Origin: Rhodocyclaceae bacterium | GTDB lineage: Bacteria > Pseudomonadota > Gammaproteobacteria > Burkholderiales > Rhodocyclaceae | Reading direction: 5' to 3' | Assembly: GCA_031556405.1 (NCBI GenBank) | Contig: JAVBTC010000032.1 | Location: forward strand, 2,433-66,432 | Length of the DNA: 64,000 bases | In this document: positions 11,072 through 21,401 of the stretch, piece by piece | Position numbering within the stretch: the stretch's first letter is position 1 | Layout of the letters: every line of letters starts with the position of its first letter | Made by a program: the position numbers and the translations under genes | Notes under the pieces: generated by a model | The model's input: the letters and a program-made list of their open reading frames with translations, nothing else | Told to the model about the DNA's origin: nothing | Database searches by the model: none

Positions 11072-11782
11072 ATGATGAAAAAAGCGACGAAAAAAGCGGT
11101 GAAAGCGGTAGAAGCGGTAGAAGCGGTAGAAGCGGTCGAGGCGAAGAAGGAATCCGTTCCCGGATACTGGGGGAGGGCAACGCGCGCGCTGGCGCGCGAG
11201 GACGAAACGATGGCGGCGCTGATCCGGCGTTACCGTGGCATGGGACTGGTTTCGCGCGGCGAGCCGTTTACGACGCTGGCACGCTCGATCGTCGGCCAGC
11301 AGATTTCGGTGAAGGCTGCCGACGCGGTGTGGACGCGCTTTTCCGCCGCCGTCGGCGCGGTGAATGGAACGGTCGAGCCGGAAGCGGTGCTGGCGGCGGG
11401 AATGGAGGGGCTGTCGAATTGCGGCCTGTCGGTACGCAAGCGGGAATACGTGAGCGATCTCGCCGCGCGTTTCGTCAACGGCGCGGTCGAGCCGGAACGC
11501 TGGAATGCGATGGAGGACGCGGAAATCATCGCCGAACTGTGCGCCGTGCGCGGCATCGGGCGCTGGACGGCGGAAATGTTCCTGATCTTCAATCTGCTGC
11601 GTCCGGACGTGTATCCGGTCGACGATCTGGGCTTGCAGAAAGCCTTGTCCCTGCTTTATTTCTCCGGAGAAAAACAGCCGCCGCGCGCGCTTGCCGCGTT
11701 CGGCGAGCGCTGGCGTCCGTGGCGCACCGTGGCGACGTGGTATCTGTGGCGCAGTCTCGATCCGGTGGCGGTTGCTTATTGA
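11072..11782 (+). CDS. DNA-3-methyladenine glycosylase II family (HhH-GPD, AlkA-like)
   Basis: ..FTTLARSIVGQQISVKAADAVW.. and the HhH-GPD segment VRGIGRWTAEMFLIF, followed by PVDDLGLQKA. Confidence 0.8.
   Translation: MMKKATKKAVKAVEAVEAVEAVEAKKESVPGYWGRATRALAREDETMAALIRRYRGMGLVSRGEPFTTLARSIVGQQISVKAADAVWTRFSAAVGAVNGTVEPEAVLAAGMEGLSNCGLSVRKREYVSDLAARFVNGAVEPERWNAMEDAEIIAELCAVRGIGRWTAEMFLIFNLLRPDVYPVDDLGLQKALSLLYFSGEKQPPRALAAFGERWRPWRTVATWYLWRSLDPVAVAY
11096..11140 (+). repeat. In-frame 9-nt tandem repeat, GCGGTAGAA x3 perfect plus two degenerate flanking units (A-V-E)n
   Basis: Read directly. The three perfect units are 11105-11131; the degenerate units are 11096-11104 and 11132-11140. Confidence 0.9.
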
Positions 11783-11800
11783 AAAAAGAGAGGGTTGTTT

Positions 11801-11871
11801 TTCTAAATTTAAATTTAATTATTAAATATATGTGATTACATGTATGTAAGTAAATTCAATTAAATTTATAA
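11801..11871. repeat. AT-rich MITE-like intergenic element, copy B (71 bp)
   Basis: Ends TTCTAAATTT (11801-11810) and AAATTTATAA (11862-11871) are a 9/10 inverted repeat. The interior GTAAATTCAATTAAATTTATAATAAA is shared with copies C, D and E. GC is under 20 percent in a roughly 63 percent GC context. Confidence 0.6.
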
Positions 11872-11985
11872 TAAATGCATTGGTGATCGCAAAAACCGGC
11901 GAATACAAAAACAGAAATCGCCGCCATCGAATGCCTGGGCGCGATGGCTATGTAAGGATGAGGCCGCGTTGTACGGACGAAAAGA

Positions 11986-12011
11986 AACGCCGGAGAATTC
12001 CGGCGTTTTTT
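11986..12011. terminator. Bidirectional intrinsic terminator between the convergent glycosylase and sucB genes
   Basis: 9-bp stem AACGCCGGA/TCCGGCGTT with a GAAT loop. T6 follows on the plus strand, and an A/T-rich run precedes it (T-rich on the minus strand). Confidence 0.7.
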
Positions 12012-12149
12012 CTGTGGTCATTTTTATAGCGTCATCAACAAGCGTGCTGGAAACGATCACGGCGAATCTGGCACGTTCGCCGGATTCGCCGTTCATCGTA
12101 CGAAACACCGGAAATCCGGTTTCCGTGACGGCAAGTCAGCCGCGTCGAT

Positions 12150-13451
12150 TTAAACGCCGAGCAGCAGCCGCGCCGGATCTTCCAGGGCCTCTTTCATCGC
12201 CACCAAACTCAGCACCGCCTCGCGGCCATCGATGATGCGGTGGTCGTAGGAGAGCGCCAGGTAGTTGATCGGGCGCACGACGACCTGGCCGTTCTCGACG
12301 ACGGCGCGGTCCTTGGTCGCGTGGATGCCGAGAATCGCGGATTGCGGCGGGTTGATGATCGGGGTCGACAGCATGGAGCCGAAGACGCCGCCGTTGCTGA
12401 TCGAGAAGGTGCCGCCGGTGAGTTCCTCGATCGAGAGCTTGCCGTCTTTGGCCTTGGTGCCGAATTCGGCGATCTTGCGCTCGATGTCGGCGATCGAAAG
12501 CTGGTCGGCGTCGCGGATGATCGGAACGACCAGCCCGCGCGGACTGCCGACGGCAATGCCGATGTCGACGTAGCCGTGGTAGACGATGTCGTTGCCGTCG
12601 ATCGAGGCGTTGACCACGGGGTATTTCTTCAGCGCCGCGCAGGCGGCCTTGACGAAGAAGCCCATGAAGCCCAGGCGCACGCCGTATTCTTTTTCGAAAC
12701 GGTCGCCGTACTGTTTTCTCAGGGCCATTACCGGAGCCATGTTGACTTCGTTGAAGGTGGTGAGAATGGCGTTTTCGTTTTTCGACTGGATCAGGCGCTC
12801 GGCGATGCGGGCGCGCAGGCGCGACATCGGCACGCGCTGTTCGGGACGGTTGGCGAGCACGGCCTCGACGTTGACCGCAGGCGGCGTCGGCAGCGCGGGA
12901 CGGGCCGCAGCGCCGGTGCCGGCGGAAATGGAAACCGGCGGCGTTGCCTTGAGCTGCGCGTTCTTCGCGTCTTCCTTGGTGACGCGTCCGCCGCGGCCGG
13001 TACCGACGACGTCGGTGGGCGCAATGCCTTTCTCGGCAAGAATCTTTCGTGCCGCCGGCATCGCGACGCCCGGTGCCGCCGGGGCGGCGGGAGCGGAAGG
13101 CGCGGGGACGGCGGCAGGCATGGGCACCGAGGGCTCGGCGACGATGACCGGCGCCGGCGCGGCGGTGGGTGCGGATTTTGGTGCACCGGCCGGGGCGGCA
13201 GCGCTGGCCTTGGCCTCGGTGTCGATGCGCGCGATGACTTCGCCGGAAACGACGGTGTCGCCGTCGCCCTTGACGATTTCCATCAGGACGCCGCTGTCGG
13301 GCGCGGGCAGTTCGAGCACGACCTTGTCGGTCTCGATGTCGATCAGGTTTTCATCGCGGGTGACGGGGTCGCCCGCTTTTTTGTTCCAGGTGAGCAGCGT
13401 CGCCTCGGCGACGGACTCGGACAGTTGCGGAACTTTGACGTCGATGATCAT
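12150..13451 (-). CDS. sucB: 2-oxoglutarate dehydrogenase E2, dihydrolipoyllysine-residue succinyltransferase
   Basis: Lipoyl domain (..[13 protein letters not shown]..), Ala/Pro linker, and a catalytic domain ending ..[13 protein letters not shown].. Confidence 0.95.
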   Translation of the reverse strand: MIIDVKVPQLSESVAEATLLTWNKKAGDPVTRDENLIDIETDKVVLELPAPDSGVLMEIVKGDGDTVVSGEVIARIDTEAKASAAAPAGAPKSAPTAAPAPVIVAEPSVPMPAAVPAPSAPAAPAAPGVAMPAARKILAEKGIAPTDVVGTGRGGRVTKEDAKNAQLKATPPVSISAGTGAAARPALPTPPAVNVEAVLANRPEQRVPMSRLRARIAERLIQSKNENAILTTFNEVNMAPVMALRKQYGDRFEKEYGVRLGFMGFFVKAACAALKKYPVVNASIDGNDIVYHGYVDIGIAVGSPRGLVVPIIRDADQLSIADIERKIAEFGTKAKDGKLSIEELTGGTFSISNGGVFGSMLSTPIINPPQSAILGIHATKDRAVVENGQVVVRPINYLALSYDHRIIDGREAVLSLVAMKEALEDPARLLLGV

Positions 13452-13504
13452 GGTATCTCCGATATTTATTCTGAACTCAATCTGAACTCAAGAGGCGGTT
13501 TCCG

Positions 13505-16345
13505 TTAGTAATCGATCTTGCCCAGAGCGGATTCGAGCAGGGCTTTTTGCTGTGCGATGTGCTTGGTCGAATAGCCGGCCGCCGGCGAGGCGGAGGCGGG
13601 ACGCGCCACGAGCAGCAGGCGATGCTTGTCGTCGACCGAGCGCAGCAGGTGCTGGCGCGAGGCGAACCAGTACCAGGCGCCCTGGTTGCGCGGCTCTTCC
13701 TGGACCCAGACGACCTCGACGAGCTTGGGATATTTCGAGAGTTCGGCGCGGATCATTTCTTCCGGGAACGGATAAAGCTGTTCGAGGCGGAGGATGGCGA
13801 TGTTGGCCTTCTTCTCGGCGCGCGCGGCGATGAGATCGTAATAGACCTTGCCGGAGCAGAGGATGGCGCGCGTCACTTTCTTCGCGTCGATCTTCCCGGT
13901 TTCGCCGATGACGGTATGGAATTGGCCGCCCGCCAGTTCTTCCAGGGTGGAAACCGCTTCCTTGTGGCGCAGCAGCGATTTCGGCGTGAAGACGATCAGC
14001 GGCTTGCGCTGTTTCCGGATCGCCTGGCGGCGCAGCAGGTGGAAGATTTGCGCCGGCGTCGTCGGCTGGCAGACTTCCATGTTCATTTCGGCGCAGGCCT
14101 GCATGTAGCGCTCGATCCGTGCCGAGGAGTGTTCCGGCCCCTGCCCTTCGTAGCCGTGCGGCAGGAGCATGACCAGGCCGCAGGCGCGGCCCCACTTGGA
14201 TTCTCCGGAGGAGATGAACTGGTCGATGACGACCTGGGCGCCGTTGGCGAAGTCGCCGAACTGGGCTTCCCAGATGTTGAGGTCGTAAGGCGTGGAGGAG
14301 GCGTAGCCGTACTCGAAGGCGAGCACGCCTTCTTCCGACAGCACGGAGTCGTAGCATTGCAGCAAAGCTTGGTTGTCCTGCAGGTGCGCCAGCGGGTAAT
14401 AGGTGCCCTTGTCCCAGTGCTCGCGGTTCTGGTCGTGGATCGCGGCGTGGCGGTGGAAGAAGGTGCCGCGGCCGACGTCCTCGCCGGTGAGCCGCACGCC
14501 ATGCCCGGAAACGAGCAGCGAGGCGTAGGAGAGGTTTTCCCCCATGCCCCAGTCGACCGGCAATTTTCCTTCACCCATCGCGCGGCGGTCGTCGATGATT
14601 TTTTTCACCCGCGAATGCAGCGCGATGTTGGAGGGAATGTCGGTGAGCCGTGCCGCCAGCCGCTGCAATTCGGCCATCGGCACGCTGGTGTCGATGTTTT
14701 CGATGTAGTACTTGGGCAGGTACGGCGCCCAGTCGATGACCAGCGGATGTTTGTAGCCGGCGATGACCGGGTTATAGAGCAGCTCGCCTTTGTCGAGGTG
14801 GTCGCGGTAGTCGCGGATCATGTCGTCCGGGCCATTCGGCGACACTACGCCCTCGGCGACCAGCTTGTCGGCGTAGAGTTTGCGTGTACCGGGGTGGGCA
14901 GCGATTTTCTTGTACATCAGGGGCTGCGTCACCATCGGCTCGTCCTGCTCGTTGTGGCCGAGCTTGCGGAAGCAGACGATGTCGACGACGACGTCCTTCT
15001 TGAATTTCTGCCGGAATTCGACGGCGATCCTGGTAACCAGCGCCACCGCTTCCGGGTCGTCGCCGTTGACGTGGAAGATCGGCGCCTCGGACATCTTGAA
15101 GATGTCGGTGCAATAGAGCGAGGAACGATAGTCGCGCGGATCGGAGGTAGTGAAACCAATCTGGTTGTTGACGACGATGTGCACCGTGCCGCCGGTGCCG
15201 AAGCCGCGCGTCTGCGCGAAGTTGAGCATTTCCTGGTTGACGCCCTGGCCGGCGACGGCGGCATCGCCGTGGAGCAGCACCGCCAGCACCTTGTCCTTGC
15301 CTTCGGCGCCACGCCGCACCTGGTGCGCATAGACCGAGCCGGCGACGACCGGGTTGACGATTTCGAGGTGCGAGGGGTTGAAGGCCAGCGAGAGGTGGAC
15401 CGGGCCGCCCGGCGTGGCGACGTCGGAAGCGTAGCCCATGTGGTATTTGACGTCGCCGGCGGAAAGATCGGAGGCTTTCTTGCCTTCGAATTCATCGAAC
15501 AGCATCGACGGCGCCTTGCCCAGCGAATTGACCAGCACGTTGAGACGGCCGCGGTGCGCCATGCCGACGAATACTTCGTCGACGCCGTAACCGCCGGCCA
15601 CGCGCACCAGTTCGTCCATGGAGACGATCAGCGATTCGCCGCCTTCGAGCGAGAAGCGCTTCTGGCCAACGTAGCGGGTATGCAGGTAACGCTCCAGCGT
15701 TTCGGCGGCGGTCAGGCGTTCGAGGTAGCGTCTTTTTTCTTCCGGCGTCGGATCGTTGATCGCGTGGATCGGTTCGAGGCGTTCCTGGATCCAGCGTTTC
15801 TCGGCGATTTCGGAGAGGTACATGTATTCGACGCCGATCGAGCCGCAATAGGTTTTTTTCAGCGCCTCGTGAATCTGTCCGAGCGTGGCTTCGCCGGGGA
15901 CGCCACGGAAGGAACCGGCGCTGAACGTCACGTTCAGGTCGACGTCGGAAAGGCCGTAGTGCGAAAGCTCGAGCTCGGGCAGCGCCGGCCGGGGAATGCG
16001 CTTCAACGGGTCGAGATTGGCCCAGCGCGTGCCGAGGAAGCGATAGGCATTGATCAGTTGCAGCACCAGCACCTGGCGCGGGTCGCCGCCGCGCACCGCG
16101 GCGATATGCTGCGGCCCCTGGTTCTTCGCCTGTTCGACGAAGGCGGCGATGATCGGCGCGTGGGGGACGTCGCGCGCGGTATTGCCCGGCATCTGCGCCA
16201 GTTTGTCGAAATAGTCGCGCCACTGGTCGGGCACGGCGGTGGGATTGTCGAGATAGGTTTCGTACATTTCCTCCACGAACGGCGCGTTGCCGCCGAAAAG
16301 GTAGGAATTGCCGAACATCTGCATCATCATGGTCATGGCTGTCAC
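13505..16345 (-). CDS. sucA: 2-oxoglutarate dehydrogenase E1 component
   Basis: 946 aa. N-terminus ..FGNSYLFGGNAPFVEEMYETYL.., ThDP-binding region, collinear with E. coli SucA. The exact start among several N-terminal Met codons is uncertain. Confidence 0.95.
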   Translation of the reverse strand: MTAMTMMMQMFGNSYLFGGNAPFVEEMYETYLDNPTAVPDQWRDYFDKLAQMPGNTARDVPHAPIIAAFVEQAKNQGPQHIAAVRGGDPRQVLVLQLINAYRFLGTRWANLDPLKRIPRPALPELELSHYGLSDVDLNVTFSAGSFRGVPGEATLGQIHEALKKTYCGSIGVEYMYLSEIAEKRWIQERLEPIHAINDPTPEEKRRYLERLTAAETLERYLHTRYVGQKRFSLEGGESLIVSMDELVRVAGGYGVDEVFVGMAHRGRLNVLVNSLGKAPSMLFDEFEGKKASDLSAGDVKYHMGYASDVATPGGPVHLSLAFNPSHLEIVNPVVAGSVYAHQVRRGAEGKDKVLAVLLHGDAAVAGQGVNQEMLNFAQTRGFGTGGTVHIVVNNQIGFTTSDPRDYRSSLYCTDIFKMSEAPIFHVNGDDPEAVALVTRIAVEFRQKFKKDVVVDIVCFRKLGHNEQDEPMVTQPLMYKKIAAHPGTRKLYADKLVAEGVVSPNGPDDMIRDYRDHLDKGELLYNPVIAGYKHPLVIDWAPYLPKYYIENIDTSVPMAELQRLAARLTDIPSNIALHSRVKKIIDDRRAMGEGKLPVDWGMGENLSYASLLVSGHGVRLTGEDVGRGTFFHRHAAIHDQNREHWDKGTYYPLAHLQDNQALLQCYDSVLSEEGVLAFEYGYASSTPYDLNIWEAQFGDFANGAQVVIDQFISSGESKWGRACGLVMLLPHGYEGQGPEHSSARIERYMQACAEMNMEVCQPTTPAQIFHLLRRQAIRKQRKPLIVFTPKSLLRHKEAVSTLEELAGGQFHTVIGETGKIDAKKVTRAILCSGKVYYDLIAARAEKKANIAILRLEQLYPFPEEMIRAELSKYPKLVEVVWVQEEPRNQGAWYWFASRQHLLRSVDDKHRLLLVARPASASPAAGYSTKHIAQQKALLESALGKIDY

Positions 16346-16401
16346 CTCGAAAGCGGGTGTGGATTCTTTAGAAAAAACGTTTTATTGCCGATCAAAGAAA
16401 C

Positions 16402-16427
16402 AAGGGCGACCTATTCCGGCCGCCCTT
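16402..16427 (-). terminator. Intercistronic hairpin (attenuator or terminator) between gltA and sucA
   Basis: 7-bp stem AAGGGCG/CGCCCTT with T/A-rich flanks on both sides. Confidence 0.4.
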
Positions 16428-16441
16428 CGTTTTTTACTGGC

Positions 16442-17740
16442 TCAGGCACGTTTGTCCAAGGGTACGACGTCGCGCTTGGGCGCGCCGATGTACAACTGGC
16501 GCGGCCTGCCGATCTTGTATTCGGGGTCGCTGATCATCTCCTCCCATTGCGCCATCCAGCCGACGGTACGGGCCAGCGCGAAAATGCAGGTGAACATCGT
16601 CGTCGGAATGCCGATCGCCTTCTGCACGATGCCGGAGTAGAAATCGACGTTCGGATAAAGTTTCTTCTCGACGAAGTATTCGTCTTCGAGCGCGATCTTT
16701 TCCAGTTCCATCGCCAGTTTGAACAGGCGGTCGTTTTCCAGTCCCAGTTCGGACAGGACGTCGTTGCATACCTTGCGCATCAGCTTGGCGCGCGGATCGA
16801 AGTTCTTGTAGACGCGGTGGCCGAAGCCCATCAGCTTGAAGCTGTCGTTCTTGTCCTTGGCGCGCTCGATGTAGTGCCCGACCTTCGAAACGTCGCCGAT
16901 TTCCTCGAGCATCTTGAGGCAGGCTTCGTTGGCGCCGCCGTGCGCCGGACCCCACAGGCAGGCGATGCCGGCGGCGATGCAGGCGAACGGGTTGGCGCCG
17001 GAAGAACCGGACAGACGCACCGTGGAGGTGGAGGCGTTCTGTTCGTGGTCGGCGTGGAGTGTGAAGATGGTGTCGAGCGCATGCACCAGGACCGGATTCG
17101 GCTTGTAGGCCGCGCAGGGCGTTCCGAAAATCATGTGCATGAAATTGGCGGTATAGGGCAGGTCGTCGCGCGGGTACATGAACGGCTGGCCGGTGTTGTA
17201 CTTGTAGGCCATGGCGACGATCGTCGGCAGCTTGGCGACGAGGCGGTGGAAGCTGACGGTGCGGTGCTCGGTGTCGGAGAAATCGGCGGCGTCGTGGTAG
17301 AACGCGGAGAGGGCGCCGACGACGCCGACCATGACCGCCATCGGGTGCGCGTCGCGGCGGAAACCGTGGTAGAACTTGACCAACTGTTCATGCACCATGG
17401 TGTGCTTGGTGATGATGTTTTCAAACGCCAACTTTTGCTGGGGGTTGGGCAGTTCACCGGTTTTCAGGAGATAGGCGACCTCAAGAAACGTACATTGCTT
17501 GGCCAATTGCTCGATCGGATAGCCGCGGTACAGGAGCTCGCCTTTGTCGCCGTCGATATAGGTGATCGACGATTTGCAGCTGGCGGTCGAAAGATAGCCA
17601 GAATCGTAGGTGAAGAATCCCGTCTTGCCGCCCAGCGCGCGAATGTCGAGGCATTCGTTGCCCTGCGTCGGCGTCAGGATCGGAAGATCGATGGACGTGC
17701 CGCCATCGATGGTCAATGTCGCTTTTCTTTCGTTTGTCAT
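16442..17740 (-). CDS. gltA: Citrate synthase (type II, hexameric class)
   Basis: 432 aa with ..[14 protein letters not shown].. and other citrate synthase signatures. Confidence 0.95.
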   Translation of the reverse strand: MTNERKATLTIDGGTSIDLPILTPTQGNECLDIRALGGKTGFFTYDSGYLSTASCKSSITYIDGDKGELLYRGYPIEQLAKQCTFLEVAYLLKTGELPNPQQKLAFENIITKHTMVHEQLVKFYHGFRRDAHPMAVMVGVVGALSAFYHDAADFSDTEHRTVSFHRLVAKLPTIVAMAYKYNTGQPFMYPRDDLPYTANFMHMIFGTPCAAYKPNPVLVHALDTIFTLHADHEQNASTSTVRLSGSSGANPFACIAAGIACLWGPAHGGANEACLKMLEEIGDVSKVGHYIERAKDKNDSFKLMGFGHRVYKNFDPRAKLMRKVCNDVLSELGLENDRLFKLAMELEKIALEDEYFVEKKLYPNVDFYSGIVQKAIGIPTTMFTCIFALARTVGWMAQWEEMISDPEYKIGRPRQLYIGAPKRDVVPLDKRA

Positions 17741-17842
17741 GGTATGTCCCTATTTTATATGGTCCGTCTTAAATCGTATTTCTGACAAACCGGGCAGGCC
17801 GCTCTCTCGCGGCGGCGCCCTGCTGCCGCTGTTCCCATGCCA

Positions 17843-18100
17843 TTACTGGCTTCTTATCTCCGTCCGGCGCACCAGGGCGAGTACCTCCGCCCAGTGTGGG
17901 TTCGTGCATTCCTCCTTGCCGTTGACGAGCGGCCAAAGCTGGTGGTCTTCCATTTCCGCCAGATCGACGAAGACTTTCTGCTGTTCCTCGTCCAGATCCT
18001 GGAATCCCGTGGCAAGGAATTGTTCCAGGATCAGGTCGAGTTCCAGAAAGGCCCGCCGGGTACAACGCCAGCGAAGGCGGTTGAAGGCTGCTCGGTCCAT
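17843..18100 (-). CDS. sdhE: Succinate dehydrogenase flavinylation/assembly factor SdhE (SDHAF2/YgfY family)
   Basis: 85-aa product MDRAAFNRLRWRCTRRAFLELDLIL.. contains the RGxxE-type motif context. It sits between sdhB and gltA. The 192-aa track ORF is an upstream extension overlapping sdhB. Confidence 0.75.
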   Translation of the reverse strand: MDRAAFNRLRWRCTRRAFLELDLILEQFLATGFQDLDEEQQKVFVDLAEMEDHQLWPLVNGKEECTNPHWAEVLALVRRTEIRSQ

Positions 18101-18147
18101 CGGCTTCTTGTCTCCTCGTTGTCTCTTCCTTGAAATTCCGCGGAAGC

Positions 18148-18861
18148 TCAAACGAAACGCCGCGTCATCATTTCCTTGATCTTGCCGATCGCCAGCGTCG
18201 GGTTCAGGCCCTTGGGGCAGACGTCGACACAGTTCATGATCGAGTGGCAACGGAAGAGACGGTACGGGTCTTCCAGGTTGTCGAGACGTTCGCTGGTCGC
18301 CTGGTCGCGGGTATCGGCGAGGAAGCGGTAGGCGTTCAGCAGACCGGCCGGGCCGACGAATTTGTCCGGATTCCACCAGAACGACGGACAGGAGGTCGAA
18401 CAGCACGCACACAGGATGCATTCGTAGAGGCCGTTCAGTTCCTCGCGGTCTTCCGGCGATTGCAGACGCTCGCGTTCCGGCGGCGGGTCGTTGTTGATCA
18501 GATACGGCTTGATCGAATGATACTGTTTGAAGAACTGCGTCATGTCGACGATCAGGTCACGGATGACCGGAAGGCCGGGCAGGGGACGCAGCGTGATGGG
18601 CGTTTTCAGGTCCTTGATTTCCGTCAGGCACGCAAGGCCGTTCCTGCCGTTGATGTTCATCGCGTCGGAGCCGCAGATGCCTTCGCGGCAGGAGCGGCGG
18701 AACGCGATCGAATCATCCTTCGCCTTCAGCTTGACCAGCGCGTCGAGCAGCTTGCGGTCGTGATTGTCGATCTCGACCGAAATGTCCTGCATATAGGGCG
18801 CCGCGTCTTTATCCGGGTCGTAGCGGTAAATCTTGAATTGCAAGGTACGGGTGGTCGTCAT
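18148..18861 (-). CDS. sdhB: Succinate dehydrogenase iron-sulfur subunit
   Basis: Cys clusters CREGICGSDAM, CILCACCSTSCPS and CHSIMNCVDVCPK. Confidence 0.95.
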   Translation of the reverse strand: MTTTRTLQFKIYRYDPDKDAAPYMQDISVEIDNHDRKLLDALVKLKAKDDSIAFRRSCREGICGSDAMNINGRNGLACLTEIKDLKTPITLRPLPGLPVIRDLIVDMTQFFKQYHSIKPYLINNDPPPERERLQSPEDREELNGLYECILCACCSTSCPSFWWNPDKFVGPAGLLNAYRFLADTRDQATSERLDNLEDPYRLFRCHSIMNCVDVCPKGLNPTLAIGKIKEMMTRRFV

Positions 18862-18885
18862 CTTCTTTAACTCCTTCCCGGGCGG

Positions 18886-20661
18886 TCAATAGGAACGCGT
18901 TTTCAGCGCGATGGTTTCGACGGAGATCGGCTTCAGGGTCACGGGCTTGTACTGCACCCGGTTACCGTCGCGGAACCACAGCGAATGTTTCAGCCACTCC
19001 TTGTCGTTGCGGCCGTTCGGGAATTCCGGCGTGTCTGGTGCATCGTCGCGCACGTGCGCCCCGCGCGATTCCTTGCGCGTGTCCGCGCAGACCATCGTCG
19101 CCTTGGCCACTTCGATCAGATTGTCGAGTTCCAGCGCTTCCATGCGCGCGGTGTTCCAGACCTTGGACTTATCCTTGATCTCGGTCGCCTGTACCTGCTT
19201 CTCGACGTCGAGGATCATGCGCACGCCTTCGTCGAGCTTGTCCTTGAAGCGGAACACGCCGCAGTGGTTCTGCATCACGCGCTGCAACGCGAGCCGCGTT
19301 TCGTGCACGCTGGCGCCGTTCGACTGTTTTTCCAAGCGGTCGAGCCGCGCGAGCGTCTTGTCGATTGCGTCCTTGGGCAGGTCCTTGTGCGCTTTCGGCA
19401 TGCTCTTCAGGTCGGCGATCACGCTGTCGCCGGAGGATTTGCCGAAGACGAGCAGGTCGAGCAGCGAGTTGGTGCCGAGGCGGTTGGCACCGTGCACCGA
19501 CGCGCAGGCACATTCACCAGCGGCATAGAAGCCGGTGACGATCGTGCCGTTTTCGTCGACCACCTGGCCTTTGTAGTTGGTCGGGATGCCGCCCATCTGG
19601 TAGTGGCAGGTCGGCACGACGGGGATCGGCGCCTTGATCGGGTCGACACCGGCGAACTGGATCGAGATCTCGCGGATACCGGGCAGGCGCTTCATGATCG
19701 TTTCCGGCGGCAGATGCGTGATGTCGAGCAGCACGTAATCCTTGTGCGGCCCGCAGCCGCGGCCTTCGTTGATCTCGGTGACCATCGCGCGCGAAACGAC
19801 ATCGCGCGACGCCAGATCCTTGGCGTTGGGGGCGTAGCGTTCCATGAAGCGCTCACCCTTGTCGTTACGCAGGATGCCGCCTTCGCCGCGCACCCCTTCG
19901 GTGATCAGCACGCCGGCACCGGCGACGCCGGTCGGATGGAATTGCCAGAATTCCATGTCTTCCAGCGGGATTCCAGCGCGTGCCGCCATGCCGAGGCCGT
20001 CGCCGGTATTGATGAAGGCGTTGGTCGAGGAATAGAAAATGCGTCCGGCGCCGCCGGTGGCGAAAACGACCGCCTTGGCGTGGAAAATCACGATTTCGCC
20101 GGTTTCCAGTTCCAGCGCGGAAACGCCGATGACCTGGCCCGATTCGTCGCGGATCAGGTCGAGTGCCATCCATTCGACGAAGAATTGCGTGTTGGCGCGC
20201 ACGTTGCGCTGGTAAAGCGCGTGCAGCATCGCGTGTCCGGTACGGTCGGCGGCCGCGCAGGCGCGGTGCACCGGCTTTTCGCCGAAGTTGGACATATGTC
20301 CGCCGAACGGGCGCTGATAAATCTTGCCGTTGTCGGTACGGTCGAACGGCATGCCGAAATGCTCGAGTTCGACGACGACTTCGGGCGCCTGGCGGCACAT
20401 GAATTCGATTGCGTCCTGGTCGCCGAGCCAGTCGGAACCCTTGACGGTGTCGTACATGTGCCAGAGCCAATGATCTTCCTCGGTATTGCCGAGCGAGGCG
20501 GAAACTCCGCCCTGAGCCGCGACGGTATGCGAGCGCGTCGGGAAAACCTTGGACAGGACGGCCGTTTTCAGGCCGGCCTCGGATAATTGAATCGCAGAAC
20601 GCAGCCCGGCGCCGCCGGCGCCGACGATAACCGCGTCGAATTTACGAACCGGAATACTCAC
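18886..20661 (-). CDS. sdhA: Succinate dehydrogenase flavoprotein subunit
   Basis: FAD dinucleotide fold VIVGAGGAGLR, the covalent-FAD His context RSHTVAAQGG, and HGANRLG. Confidence 0.97.
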   Translation of the reverse strand: MSIPVRKFDAVIVGAGGAGLRSAIQLSEAGLKTAVLSKVFPTRSHTVAAQGGVSASLGNTEEDHWLWHMYDTVKGSDWLGDQDAIEFMCRQAPEVVVELEHFGMPFDRTDNGKIYQRPFGGHMSNFGEKPVHRACAAADRTGHAMLHALYQRNVRANTQFFVEWMALDLIRDESGQVIGVSALELETGEIVIFHAKAVVFATGGAGRIFYSSTNAFINTGDGLGMAARAGIPLEDMEFWQFHPTGVAGAGVLITEGVRGEGGILRNDKGERFMERYAPNAKDLASRDVVSRAMVTEINEGRGCGPHKDYVLLDITHLPPETIMKRLPGIREISIQFAGVDPIKAPIPVVPTCHYQMGGIPTNYKGQVVDENGTIVTGFYAAGECACASVHGANRLGTNSLLDLLVFGKSSGDSVIADLKSMPKAHKDLPKDAIDKTLARLDRLEKQSNGASVHETRLALQRVMQNHCGVFRFKDKLDEGVRMILDVEKQVQATEIKDKSKVWNTARMEALELDNLIEVAKATMVCADTRKESRGAHVRDDAPDTPEFPNGRNDKEWLKHSLWFRDGNRVQYKPVTLKPISVETIALKTRSY

Positions 20662-21009
20662 TTATAACCTCCCCAGAATCAGCGATACCCAGCCGGTGTA
20701 TCCCACCAGTACGGCGACCGTCACCAGCATCAGCGTCAGGCGGATGCGCGGGCAATTGACGTAGTCCATCCAGATGTCGCGTATGCCGATCCAGGCGTGG
20801 TAGAACAGGCTGACGAAAAAGAGAAACGTGGCGAATTTCATCAGGCCGTGGGCGAAAATGGCACGCCAGGCTTCGAAACCGGCAGGCTGCGCGATGCACA
20901 GGATGCCGAGAAAAATCAGGGTATAAAGCGCCATCACGATGGCCGTGCAGCGCTGAATGATCCAATCCTTGAGGCCGTAGTGCGCCCCGACGACGATACG
21001 GTTCAGCAT
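20662..21009 (-). CDS. sdhD: Succinate dehydrogenase membrane anchor subunit
   Basis: 115-aa three-TM protein starting MLNRIVVGAHYGLKDW. The start overlaps the sdhC stop (ATGA-type junction at 21003-21009). Confidence 0.85.
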   Translation of the reverse strand: MLNRIVVGAHYGLKDWIIQRCTAIVMALYTLIFLGILCIAQPAGFEAWRAIFAHGLMKFATFLFFVSLFYHAWIGIRDIWMDYVNCPRIRLTLMLVTVAVLVGYTGWVSLILGRL

Positions 21010-21401
21010 ATGATTTTCACTCCCACGATCAGGGTCAGAACGATACTGACGACAAAGACGATCTTGCTGCTCAGGCGGGCGTTGGGCAGGTCGATGCCGA
21101 CGTGGGCATCGAGCAGCAGGAAACGGATGCCGGCACAGAAATGGTGCATGTAAAGCCAGAGCAGGCCGAACAGAACGATCTTGACCAGAACGTTGTTCAT
21201 GCACTCCTGCACTGCGGCATAGGTTTCGGCCGAGGTCAGGCTCATCTGGAAAAGCCAGAGAAGCACCGGCAAGAGAAGGAAAATCACGCCCCCGCTGATA
21301 CGATGCAAGATGGACAGAATCGCCGGCAGCGGCTGCCGGATCACCATCAGATTGAGATGCTTCGGGCGCTTTTTAATCGCAGTTTCCGCCATGAATATCA
21401 T
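21003..21401 (-). CDS. sdhC: Succinate dehydrogenase cytochrome b556 subunit
   Basis: 132-aa membrane protein ..KKRPKHLNL..ILHRISGV-like, first gene of sdhCDAB. Confidence 0.85.
   Translation of the reverse strand: MIFMAETAIKKRPKHLNLMVIRQPLPAILSILHRISGGVIFLLLPVLLWLFQMSLTSAETYAAVQECMNNVLVKIVLFGLLWLYMHHFCAGIRFLLLDAHVGIDLPNARLSSKIVFVVSIVLTLIVGVKIIC

Noticed and set aside
11096-11140. Short direct repeats considered as a CRISPR array
   Set aside because: The units are 9 nt, contiguous with no spacers, and in frame within a coding sequence. No CRISPR-like repeat-spacer architecture occurs anywhere in the window.
13547-17785. 1412-aa ORF on the plus strand
   Set aside because: It is antisense to sucA and gltA, both of which have unmistakable homology. 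Its translation is Arg/Ala/Gly/Val-rich low-complexity sequence, typical of stop-codon-poor antisense frames in GC-rich DNA.
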